Shown: one piece after another, positions 45,233 to 53,739 of the stretch
Layout: every line of letters starts with the position of its first letter
How positions within the stretch are numbered: position 1 is the first letter of the stretch
IMG/VR virus record: IMGVR_UViG_3300037466_001900
Span: 1,608-65,607 of that record
DNA from: a virus
Lineage: Duplodnaviria > Caudoviricetes
Strand: one strand, 5' to 3'
Length of the DNA: 64,000 bases
The notes under the pieces: generated by a model
What the model was told of the DNA's origin: nothing
Databases searched by the model: none
The model's input: the letters and a program-made list of their open reading frames with translations, nothing else
Position numbers and translations under genes: made by a program

Positions 45233-47368
45233 ATGGCTAGCACGGCCAAGACCGGCCAACCCAAGATCCTGGAGACACTGCCACTCGAACTCCACGAGAT
45301 GAAGCGGTTCCTCCTGTGGAAAGAATTCCCCCATAGCGATCCGGCCAAGGCAGCGGCGGGCAAGACGATCAAGACCCCGTTCTACGCTTCGGGCAGGGTG
45401 CGGAAGGGCCTGCTGGATACTGACACCGACCTTGCTCGGCTGGTGACCCTCGACGAGGCGTATGACACCTATCTCCTGGGCGGATACAGCGGGATCGGCT
45501 TCGCCCTGGCGAACGACGGCATCGGCGCCTTCGACATAGACAACTGCCTGAACGCCAAGGGCTCACTCGACCCCACGCACGCCGGCGCCGACCTGGTTCT
45601 CGAGGCCAAGAGACGCGGGGCATACATCGAGCTGTCCCCAAGTGGGCGGGGCCTGCGGATCGTGGGGCCGGTGAAGAACGCCGAGGCGTACAGCAAGGAC
45701 GGCCTGGAATACTGGGGCATGAAGCGGTTCGTCACCTTGACGGGGAATGCCTGGGCCAATCCCAAGGGCTGGGTGGCGCTCGACGACCTTCGTGAACCCC
45801 TGGGGACACGCGAAGGCCGCGCCAGGGCCGCGGAGACGAACGGAGACGATGACGACGGGCTATTGGTCACCCCAAGGACCCTCGCCGACCTCCGTGACGC
45901 GCTGGAGGCCATAGACGCGGACGAGCGGGAGCTCTGGGTGCGGATAGGCCTGGCCCTGAAGCGGATCGGCCCAAAAGGTAAGCAGCTCTGGCTCGAATGG
46001 TCGAAGAAGTCCCCTAAGTTCGTAGCCGAAGACGCTGAACGGGTCTGGGCGTCTATGAACCCCCAGGACACCCACTTCCGGTCAGTCTTTGTCGAAGCCC
46101 AGAACAACTGGGGCTGGCGGAACCCGAACAAGGGCAAGCCTAGGCTGGTTCACGATGCCGACCCCGAGGCCGAAGGCGGTAATGACGAGGAAGACCATCC
46201 TCCCCTGCCCGAACCCGACAACATCGACCTCGCTGACTTCGAACTGTACCCGACTGAATTCGTCCTGGATGGGTTCATCCCCGCAAGCGTCTCGGTGATT
46301 GCTGGTGCCTGGGGCGCGGGTAAGTCGACGAACCTTATTCCTCTGTTCGCGTCGGTCGCCCACTTGTCGCCAAAGGACTGGGGCTTCCATCCGGACTTGC
46401 GCAGACACGTCGTCTATATCTCCGAGGCCCCGGACCAGGCCCGTGACACACTCTATTCCCTGGCCAAAGCCGAGGGCTCGGCGTCGTGGGACGAATTCAA
46501 GGAGTGGTTCCATCTTTATCCTGCCAAACGGCAGGCACCACGCCGCCTGGCGAAACGGTTGGCCCAGCTGGTCGAGGAGCTGTCCTGGACGACCGACACG
46601 GGCTTTCGGGTGAAACCGGTCATCGTCCTGGATACGACCACGGCGAACTTCGACTTGGAGAATGAGTCGGACAATAGCCAGGTCGCCGCAGCGATGTCGG
46701 TCCTGAAGCAGTCGCTTCCGGGTCTTCCCATGATCCTCATAGGACATACGCCCAAGGCCATGATCCGGGCGGATGTCGGCGACATGACCTTCCGCGGAGC
46801 TGGTGCCTGGGAGGCAGAGTCAGCGGCGACGTTCTTCCTGATCCACGACCACGAGACTGATATGCGGTTCCTAGCCATAAGAAAGGCGAGGTTCCGGCCT
46901 GCTTACCCCGAGATCGACTTTGACTTCGCTGGCGGGTCCGAGATCGTCGATACGCCCTGGGGCGAGCCGCAGTCCAAGAGCTTTGTCCACGGTGTCCCAT
47001 CGAAGTCGTCCGGAGAGGCCAGGCGGGCAGCCCAGGCTGAAGCCAAGGAAGACCGGAAGGACGACCAGAAAGAACGGCGGCTATCGGAGAGGCAAGGAAA
47101 GATCATCGAGTTCATCCGGGAACGAGCTGGAAAGGGGATATGGACCTCCAAGTCGGCCCTGCGGGAAGGGGTCGGCGGGAACAAGGCGTTGATGGAAGAA
47201 GCACTTGAACGATTACTCGAAGCCGACCTCCTTTTGGCCTATGGACTCACCGAAGGGCAGCTCGAACCACGAGCCATTAAATGGCAAGGACGTTTACCCG
47301 AGATATTCCTCCCGCCCGAGGTCGACATTGAGTCGTTCCTAGACACCGTTTCCGCCAGGAAGAATTAG
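45233..47368 (+). CDS. Primase-helicase (AEP primase, PriCT-2, AAA_25/RepA helicase)
   Basis: DIDNC, SPSGRGL, RFVTLTG; LWVRIGLAL..W.EWS; Walker A GAWGAGKST. Confidence 0.88.
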   Translation: MASTAKTGQPKILETLPLELHEMKRFLLWKEFPHSDPAKAAAGKTIKTPFYASGRVRKGLLDTDTDLARLVTLDEAYDTYLLGGYSGIGFALANDGIGAFDIDNCLNAKGSLDPTHAGADLVLEAKRRGAYIELSPSGRGLRIVGPVKNAEAYSKDGLEYWGMKRFVTLTGNAWANPKGWVALDDLREPLGTREGRARAAETNGDDDDGLLVTPRTLADLRDALEAIDADERELWVRIGLALKRIGPKGKQLWLEWSKKSPKFVAEDAERVWASMNPQDTHFRSVFVEAQNNWGWRNPNKGKPRLVHDADPEAEGGNDEEDHPPLPEPDNIDLADFELYPTEFVLDGFIPASVSVIAGAWGAGKSTNLIPLFASVAHLSPKDWGFHPDLRRHVVYISEAPDQARDTLYSLAKAEGSASWDEFKEWFHLYPAKRQAPRRLAKRLAQLVEELSWTTDTGFRVKPVIVLDTTTANFDLENESDNSQVAAAMSVLKQSLPGLPMILIGHTPKAMIRADVGDMTFRGAGAWEAESAATFFLIHDHETDMRFLAIRKARFRPAYPEIDFDFAGGSEIVDTPWGEPQSKSFVHGVPSKSSGEARRAAQAEAKEDRKDDQKERRLSERQGKIIEFIRERAGKGIWTSKSALREGVGGNKALMEEALERLLEADLLLAYGLTEGQLEPRAIKWQGRLPEIFLPPEVDIESFLDTVSARKN

Positions 47369-47369
47369 T

Positions 47370-48119
47370 ATGAACAAGCCCCTTCCGCCCCCTTCCGCCC
47401 CTTTCCGCCCCGTTCCGCCCCGGGGCGGAGAGGTCCAAAAGACTTCCTTCCGCCCCGTTTCTCCCCTCTCCCCCTTTAGGGGGAGGGGAAATGGGGCGGA
47501 AGGGTCTAAGGACCAAAAGGGCAAAGGGCGGATTAAAAATAACCCACTTCCGCCCCACGGACCTGAGGACCTGCCCGAAGAGGGGTTTTGGCCGCGGGTT
47601 CCGATCCACGAAGTTACCCCAGAGTGGACGGTCTTCCGATGTGCCTCGGCGGCGACGATTGAATTGCCCGAGGAGCTTCGGAACGAGTATGGTATCCTGG
47701 CCTGGTCGCCGGTCATCCGGGTTCAGCGGCGATTGCCCAGGCGGCGAAAGACCGAACTGGTGGTCAAACCCCTGCTTCCGAGTTTTGTGTTCGTGGCGAC
47801 CCATCATGCTGACGAAGCGATGGAACTGGTGGTGAATGGACGGGTCCACCAGATGAAATGGTTCCTGGTCAATGGCGGACCTGTGGCAATCCCATCCGTT
47901 CAGCTCGGACCATTGCACCAGGCGCAGATCCGGGGGACGATCAGGAAGCGGCCTTTGTCCCTGGGCGACCAAGTGGAGATCTTGGCGACGGTCATGTACT
48001 TGGCCAAGGCCCAGGTGACGAAGGGCCCGCTTCGAGACGATACGTACGAGGTTCAAATCGACGGTCAAAGGCTCAAGGTCATTTTTCCTGGTTTTCTTCT
48101 CAGGAAACTCATGGTATAG
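47370..48119 (+). CDS. NusG-like transcription antiterminator (true start probably downstream of the repeats)
   Basis: W...R...AWSP...VVKPLLPSFVFV NGN domain; GDQVEI KOW-like region. Confidence 0.75.
   Translation: MNKPLPPPSAPFRPVPPRGGEVQKTSFRPVSPLSPFRGRGNGAEGSKDQKGKGRIKNNPLPPHGPEDLPEEGFWPRVPIHEVTPEWTVFRCASAATIELPEELRNEYGILAWSPVIRVQRRLPRRRKTELVVKPLLPSFVFVATHHADEAMELVVNGRVHQMKWFLVNGGPVAIPSVQLGPLHQAQIRGTIRKRPLSLGDQVEILATVMYLAKAQVTKGPLRDDTYEVQIDGQRLKVIFPGFLLRKLMV
47381..47556. repeat. TTCCGCCCC iteron-like array (putative replication origin)
   Basis: Four tandem 10-bp units at 47381-47421, direct copies at 47448 and 47548, inverted copies near 47422, 47493 and 47526. Confidence 0.7.
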
Positions 48120-48424
48120 ACCCATGCTTATATACCGAGACACCGACAGCACCGAGACACCAAGATCCATCCGGGGATCAGGGCGCAGAGCCCAGAGTGG
48201 GGAGATTGGACGGGGCCGGGTCGGGGGACCAGGGGCCAACCGCCCTTCCAGCAGCGGCAATACGCTCCGCAGAGTAGCAATATCTTTGGTCTCGATCCGC
48301 CAATGGCCTCTTAGGGCTTCGTAGACGTAACCATAGAGCGCGTTCTCGGCTCCAAGGCCATATACCCCCAGCCAGCCCCTCCGCGTTCGGCTACGGCCCC
48401 ATCTACGGAGCTCGTAGAATACAC

Positions 48425-48456
48425 AAAAAAGGCCCCTGGTCGCCCAGGGGCCTTTC
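48425..48456. terminator. Bidirectional intrinsic terminator
   Basis: AAAAAAGGCCCCTGG-tcgc-CCAGGGGCCTTT between convergent units. Confidence 0.85.
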
Positions 48457-48475
48457 AGGGTCCGATCGGGTTTGT

Positions 48476-48685
48476 TCAGTCTTCGATTGGCCCGAAGATC
48501 TGCTCGAACATCTGCCGAAGGTTCTCCAGGACCGTTTCAACTGGCTTCTGGAACTGGTCCGCGACCAGGGCGGTGGTGACTGAGCAGGAGGTCGGGTCCT
48601 CTTCGAACAAGAATTCGGTGTCGTCATTCAGGCAAATCCAGCGAAGGCTCTCGCGGTAACCTGGGCGATGGGTTGAACGAGCCAT
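48476..48685 (-). CDS. Hypothetical protein
   Basis: YRESLRWICLND..E...VT.ALVAD.F. Confidence 0.65.
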   Translation of the reverse strand: MARSTHRPGYRESLRWICLNDDTEFLFEEDPTSCSVTTALVADQFQKPVETVLENLRQMFEQIFGPIED

Positions 48686-48688
48686 GGA

Positions 48689-48982
48689 TCAATTACCTTT
48701 CGTTTGAATTTCGATGGGGACAGAGTCAACCTTCGGCGGTGCGTTGGGGTCGAAGAGGATCATCCCAGGCGCTTTCTGGTCGGGCCGGTGGCAATTCCAT
48801 CGGAGCCAGTTCTCGAACGTCGAGGGTTCGCCATAGTCCGAATCTTCGACCATGAGTGGGAGCAGGATCGGCAGGTCGGACGACCTGGCATGGACCTGGA
48901 TGACCTTGCCGCGGTCGATACCGCCGAAGAACGCGGTGGCGAAGACCTGGCCGGTGACGGTTGAAATGGCTGAGTGTGACAT
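48689..48982 (-). CDS. Hypothetical protein
   Basis: Start re-placed at ATG 48982 after GAAAGGAAC. Confidence 0.55.
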   Translation of the reverse strand: MSHSAISTVTGQVFATAFFGGIDRGKVIQVHARSSDLPILLPLMVEDSDYGEPSTFENWLRWNCHRPDQKAPGMILFDPNAPPKVDSVPIEIQTKGN

Positions 48983-49002
48983 GGTGGCAGGTTCCTTTCG
49001 GG

Positions 49003-49248
49003 TTAGATGAGGGTGGACGAGATCTCGGTCGAGACCGGGACGACAGCCGCTCGGCGGTAACCGAACGAAGTCGATCGGGCAACCCACGATCCCATCTCGT
49101 CGAGGTGGCGGGTCACGGGCTCGGTCGAACAGCCATCCACGGGATTGTGAAGCCCGACGAATTCAAGTGCGGCATTCCACGCGGTCATGAAGTCGGGGAA
49201 CAGCTGAACGCGGTTGTGGTGCTGGGCCTGGGTATGAAGCAGGAACAT
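49003..49248 (-). CDS. Hypothetical protein
   Basis: Start ATG 49248 after GGAAGGA. Confidence 0.5.
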   Translation of the reverse strand: MFLLHTQAQHHNRVQLFPDFMTAWNAALEFVGLHNPVDGCSTEPVTRHLDEMGSWVARSTSFGYRRAAVVPVSTEISSTLI

Positions 49249-49261
49249 CGGTCGATCCTTC

Positions 49262-49466
49262 CTATCGGTGGGAGTTTTCGAGGGCGAACAGGGTGTTGAG
49301 GGCATCGAGTTCGGTCGGGCCGAAAGCGAAGGTCCCTTCACCCCTCTGGGCGTAGTACTTGGTCCTGGCGGTCGGTTCCCAGTCCGGTCCGGTCAGGTCG
49401 ATGGTGATCGCCCGATCGGTGTTCGAGCGGTCCGATCCTGGGCTGAGTGCGGTCGAAGATATTCAT
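49262..49466 (-). pseudogene. ORF needing a +1 shift at CCC-AGG (frameshifted gene or programmed shift)
   Basis: ATG with the cluster RBS; +1 frame has GC3-rich codons but no start of its own. Confidence 0.45.
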
Positions 49467-49477
49467 CGTCGGTCCTT

Positions 49478-49750
49478 TCAGAGGGTGGCGTGGGTATCGA
49501 GTTCGTAGGGCGCGATCGAGTGGTATCCGGACAGGATTTCAACCACCCCATCCTCCTTCATTTCGTCGACGACCGCGGGGATGTTCACGAACATGTCCTG
49601 GTCATCCTCGGCATCAAGCCCCTGGTTCCACCGCGTCCATTCCTTCTCGAACGCGTCCAGGGCCAGGTCGAAGGTCGAGTAGATCGAGATGGTCGTCGCC
49701 TCGGTTGGTTTGTCCTCGGGAAAGACGGAGCGAAGTACGAAGACGGTCAT
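49478..49750 (-). CDS. Acidic hypothetical protein
   Basis: Start ATG 49750 after GAAAGGAAC. Confidence 0.6.
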   Translation of the reverse strand: MTVFVLRSVFPEDKPTEATTISIYSTFDLALDAFEKEWTRWNQGLDAEDDQDMFVNIPAVVDEMKEDGVVEILSGYHSIAPYELDTHATL

Positions 49751-49767
49751 TGGTCGGTTCCTTTCGG

Positions 49768-50025
49768 TTAGGCCGGGTATTGGCTTGAGAGATGACGGAG
49801 GACCGCGGCGACTACCGCGTCGTAGGCTTCGCAATAATACTCGGTCGAAGCCTCCTCATTGTCTTCGGACGGTTCGGGAGGTCCATCCAAGCGGTCAGCG
49901 GCAACCGCATCGAAAGCCCCATCGAAACGGTCGAGGATGTGGTCCAAGATCGCGTCGGCGAGGTTGTTGATGGTTTCGCGGCGGAACGTGAACCCGTTCT
50001 CAACGATTGTGGTTGGGTCGGTCAT
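49768..50025 (-). CDS. Acidic hypothetical protein
   Basis: RBS GAAAGGAC. Confidence 0.6.
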   Translation of the reverse strand: MTDPTTIVENGFTFRRETINNLADAILDHILDRFDGAFDAVAADRLDGPPEPSEDNEEASTEYYCEAYDAVVAAVLRHLSSQYPA

Positions 50026-50040
50026 TGGTCGTCCTTTCGG

Positions 50041-50250
50041 TTAGGCGTTGAGGGCGGTCACGGCGGCGTTGATCGAGGCCTGGTCGTCCGAGGTCTGGAT
50101 GATCCGAAGGTCTTTCCGGCGAATGCCTTCCCATCCGCCGACGGTGTCCTCCAGTTCGTCTTGGACGGTGCGGCGGGAATAATCGCCGAATTCGATTGCC
50201 CACTTGCCATCGGCTTCGCGGCGGATGAGAGTGAAGTAACGGTGGGACAT
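50041..50250 (-). CDS. Hypothetical protein
   Basis: RBS GAAGGAAC. Confidence 0.6.
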   Translation of the reverse strand: MSHRYFTLIRREADGKWAIEFGDYSRRTVQDELEDTVGGWEGIRRKDLRIIQTSDDQASINAAVTALNA

Positions 50251-50279
50251 GGTGGCAGTTCCTTCTGGGTTGGAGAGGG

Positions 50280-50501
50280 TTAGGCGGTAAGGCCGCGGTT
50301 GAGGTAACCGGACAGGTCGGCCATGACGATGTCGGTCGGGCGGTCGAACAAGGCGGTGGTCATCACGATCATCGGGGCGAGGACTGGAAGGGGGTCCGAA
50401 CCTGCGGCGATCGTCCCCAGGGCGACCCTAGCGGCGTGTTCGAGGGCTTCACGATATCCCGCGGTCTTGGTCCGGGCGTGGATTTTCTTGGTGGTGGTCA
50501 T
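50280..50501 (-). CDS. Hypothetical protein
   Basis: RBS GAAAGGAAC; first gene after the promoter motif. Confidence 0.55.
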   Translation of the reverse strand: MTTTKKIHARTKTAGYREALEHAARVALGTIAAGSDPLPVLAPMIVMTTALFDRPTDIVMADLSGYLNRGLTA

Positions 50502-50545
50502 TTCGTGGTTCCTTTCGTTTGTCCCCTAGCGGACGAAGTCCGTAC

Positions 50546-50573
50546 TGTCACTCATTCGTCATGAATAAAACCC
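50546..50573 (-). promoter_or_regulatory. Conserved early promoter-like motif, copy 5
   Basis: GGGTTTTA-N15-TGACA on the minus strand, heading the leftward cluster. Confidence 0.65.
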
Positions 50574-51025
50574 CCCTTGACGATTTGTAATGTTTTTCTC
50601 CAGGTCCAAACTAGGGCGGGTCGGCGTCCATTAAGCGGAGGGTTCTGGTTCCACCGAGTTCTCCCCCTCTGATCGCAGTGGCTTTCCACCTCCGCACCGA
50701 CCACCCACATATATGGCCTATCCGCATATACAACATGCATCTATTGATGGATGCAGAGGAATGCGTCGGAGGGCCTTAAGGGTATCAAACCACCCGCCAG
50801 GACCTGGACGCGCTGTATGGGCCCTGTATGGAGCTCGTAGAGGCGTATGGGTTCTGCCCTGGTTACGGTGGGGCCGACCGCTTCAGGGGTTGAGTGGGTC
50901 CTAGGCTCGAACCGTCGCGACCAGGGGAGAGGAAGCCCCATCACCGGTTCGGGCGGGATGACAGCGACTCAATACACTACTACACCACGAGGCACCGACC
51001 CAGCGTCTTATGGAGGCACTGCACC

Positions 51026-51205
51026 ATGGCCGAACACACCAGGATCGCCCTTGGCCTCGTGTTCATCGTGGGGTCGGTCCTTGGGGCCTACTGGTTGCTG
51101 TGGCTTGGGGACGATGCCTCTGCCCGCCCAACCCTCGAGGTTGACCGGGACGAAGGGGATGACGAGTTCTGGTCACCCAGGTCCTATGGCGACGAAGGCG
51201 AATGA
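51026..51205 (+). CDS. Small single-TM protein with acidic tail
   Basis: GGAGG RBS; ALGLVFIVGSVLGAYWLLWL. Confidence 0.5.
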   Translation: MAEHTRIALGLVFIVGSVLGAYWLLWLGDDASARPTLEVDRDEGDDEFWSPRSYGDEGE

Positions 51206-51469
51206 GTACGATGACCGATGCATCCAGCACACATCATGGCCGGTAAGGTGCCGACCGCCAGGCCGATCCTCCCCCGGGGCCACCAGGCACGACTCGAAAA
51301 CACCCGACAAGGACGCCCCACCCCGGGGTCATCAGTGGCGGCCTACCGAGCGGTTACATATATAGCCTAAAAAGCAGAAGGCCCTCATAATTCATATCAT
51401 ATTAAGGCGACTGAATATCGTACTCATCGATATTCCATCCTTAATTCTCCCAGTAGCCAGGAGGGTAGG

Positions 51470-51709
51470 ATGCCAAAAGGACATTGGGGTCACGGGCCTA
51501 TGCCCTCATCAGCCCATTTCCGCGAGGCGGACCGCATATTTGAGGAGCTTGAGAACACACCGGACTTATCTCGAGGCGAGACCAGGCTAGCGGCCGAGGT
51601 CGCTCTTACGATAGTCATGGACATTTTCGTTCCTCCCAGAGAACTTTCCGCTTTCAGGTTGGCAAAAGCCAAGGCGGTAACTATCCTGAACCATCTTGCG
51701 AAAGGGTAA
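51470..51709 (+). CDS. Hypothetical protein
   Basis: GGAGG RBS; first gene of the late operon. Confidence 0.55.
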   Translation: MPKGHWGHGPMPSSAHFREADRIFEELENTPDLSRGETRLAAEVALTIVMDIFVPPRELSAFRLAKAKAVTILNHLAKG

Positions 51710-51714
51710 CAGTA

Positions 51715-52197
51715 ATGGCTCGCAAGACGCGACAAGAACAAGGGCTCTCGGATCGACGCAAGACCACGCCTCGAGATAGCAAGGGGCGAATTATCCCATT
51801 CGTTCCAACCGAGAAGCAGCGCGAGTTCGTGGCCCTCGAGGCCGCGTACGGAAAATCCCTCGAGTGGATTTGCAATCACCTGCCCGGAGCCAAGGGCCAG
51901 CTTTGTGAACAGACCCTCAAGACCCACTTCCAGAAAGAAATCGACGAAGGTGTAGACTACGCGAATGCTCAGCTCGGTGGTGTCCTGTTTGCCCAGGCTC
52001 GGGCTGGGAACGTCCGGGCATTGGAGCAGTGGTTCGACCGGCGTGGGGGTACCACGTGGAAGCGGAAAGTGACCCAGGAGCACTCCGGCCCCGATGGCGG
52101 CCCGATCCGCTATTCGGATTTGAGCGACGAGGAGCTCGAGGCGAAGCTTAATGAGCTTAGGCAGGCCAGCAATGGCAACGACAGCTCTAACGCGTGA
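51715..52197 (+). CDS. terS: Terminase small subunit
   Basis: HTH-like N-terminus, LFAQARAGNVRA, EHSGPDGGPI; upstream of terL. Confidence 0.8.
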   Translation: MARKTRQEQGLSDRRKTTPRDSKGRIIPFVPTEKQREFVALEAAYGKSLEWICNHLPGAKGQLCEQTLKTHFQKEIDEGVDYANAQLGGVLFAQARAGNVRALEQWFDRRGGTTWKRKVTQEHSGPDGGPIRYSDLSDEELEAKLNELRQASNGNDSSNA

Positions 52198-53734
52198 GCA
52201 GAAACTCCAGGAGATTTGGCTCCTAGAGGAGAAGCAACGCAGGGAGGAAGAGGCCAAGAAGGCCGCCGAGCTCCGGGATCTTGAGGTAAATGCCGACGCG
52301 ATCAGGAGCCGATGCCAGACATTGGCCGGTTTTGTTAAAGAAGCCTGGCACATTCTCGAGCCTGAAGCAGAATTCATCCATAACTGGCATATCGATGCCA
52401 TCTGTTCACATCTGGAAGCGGTTACAGATGGCCGGATCAACCGGTTATTGATCAACGTCCCCCCAGGTTCGTCAAAGTCCCTGCTCGTTTCAGTCATGTG
52501 GCAGGCATGGGAGTGGGGACCTAAGGGGCGGAGGTCGCTTCGCTACCTGGCGACGTCGTTCAACGAGGGGCCGGTCAAGCGCGACACCAGGAAATGCCGC
52601 GACCTTATTGAGTCCGATTGGTATCAGCGGCTTTGGCCCGAGGTAAAGCTGGTCAGGTCGGCCGAGATGAGCTTCGCCAATGACTCCACGGGCACCCGAG
52701 AGGGTGTTCCATTCGGGTCATTGACCTCCCAGCGCGGCGACCGGCTCTTGATCGACGACCCGCACTCCGCAGCTTCGGCCGAGTCTGAGGCGGAACGGCT
52801 GTCGACCACCAGGAAGTTCCGGGAAGGCGCGGTCAACCGCCTTAACGACCAGAAGAAGTCCGCAATCGTGGTGATCATGCAGCGGCTTCACGAGGAAGAC
52901 GTATCGGGCGTCATCCTCTCGCTGGGGATGGGTTATGTCCATCTGATGCTCCCTATGGAGTTTGATCCTGCCCGCGCCTGCAGCACCGCGATCGGTTTTT
53001 CAGATCCGCGGACAGACGATGGGCAACTACTAGATCCAGTCCGCTTCCCTAAGGCGGAGGTGGAGAAGCTTAAGCACGAGATGGGCTCATATGCCTACTC
53101 AGGCCAGTACGACCAGAACCCCACGCCCAGGTCGGGCGGCATGTTCCAGCGGGATGATTTCGAGATCGTCGACGAATGGAACGTTCCGACTGGTGGGATT
53201 ACGGTTCGGGCATGGGATTTTGCCGCATCGGTGCCAAAGCCAGGTAAGCAGCCTGACTATACCGTCGGCATCAAGGTCAAGAAAGTACGTGGAGTCTTCT
53301 ATGTCCTCGACGTTGTCCGCGGCCGATGGAGCGCGGGCCAGGTTAACGATAAGCTTGTTTCAACGGCGGGTCTCGATGGCACCGGCGTCACAATTCGTAA
53401 GCCGCAAGATCCTGCTGCCGCTGGTAAATCAGACGCGATCGACAAGACCCAGAAGCTTGCCGGCTACTCAGTCATAACTAAGCCGAATACGGGCGACAAG
53501 ACCACTAGGGCCAGGCCGGCTTCGTCTCAGTCAGAGTCGAAGAACATCAAGTTGGTCAGGGCTCCCTGGAACGAGGCATTCCTCAACGAGGTATGTGGTT
53601 TTCCGTCCGCGGCTCACGACGATCAGGTGGACGCGCTTTCTGATGCAATCAACGAGTTGGCGCTGGGCCTGGCCCGGGTGCCATTGGTTGGCCCGATCGC
53701 CGTTAAAGGCGTTCGTCCTAGTCCCGGAGGCTAA
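52172..53734 (+). CDS. terL: Terminase large subunit
   Basis: INVPPGSSKS Walker A, LIDDPH Walker B, YSGQYDQNP, AWDFA, HDDQVDA. Confidence 0.95.
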   Translation: MATTALTREQKLQEIWLLEEKQRREEEAKKAAELRDLEVNADAIRSRCQTLAGFVKEAWHILEPEAEFIHNWHIDAICSHLEAVTDGRINRLLINVPPGSSKSLLVSVMWQAWEWGPKGRRSLRYLATSFNEGPVKRDTRKCRDLIESDWYQRLWPEVKLVRSAEMSFANDSTGTREGVPFGSLTSQRGDRLLIDDPHSAASAESEAERLSTTRKFREGAVNRLNDQKKSAIVVIMQRLHEEDVSGVILSLGMGYVHLMLPMEFDPARACSTAIGFSDPRTDDGQLLDPVRFPKAEVEKLKHEMGSYAYSGQYDQNPTPRSGGMFQRDDFEIVDEWNVPTGGITVRAWDFAASVPKPGKQPDYTVGIKVKKVRGVFYVLDVVRGRWSAGQVNDKLVSTAGLDGTGVTIRKPQDPAAAGKSDAIDKTQKLAGYSVITKPNTGDKTTRARPASSQSESKNIKLVRAPWNEAFLNEVCGFPSAAHDDQVDALSDAINELALGLARVPLVGPIAVKGVRPSPGG

Positions 53735-53739
53735 GCAAT

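Noticed and set aside
47381-47556. CRISPR array
   Set aside because: Repeats are 9-10 bp without unique 30-40 bp spacers; no cas operon. The Cas4-like fold at 34879 is a normal phage DUF2800 nuclease
47277-48260. Long antisense ORFs (also 51490-52497, 57532-58086, 37417-38127, 54220-54930)
   Set aside because: Shadow frames opposite well-supported genes in GC-rich or repetitive DNA, with no RBS or protein motifs
48300-50850. Shared GGAGCTCGTAGA 12-mer near 48408 and 50836 as terminal repeats
   Set aside because: Only a single short match in the same orientation; too little to call a terminal repeat or cos site
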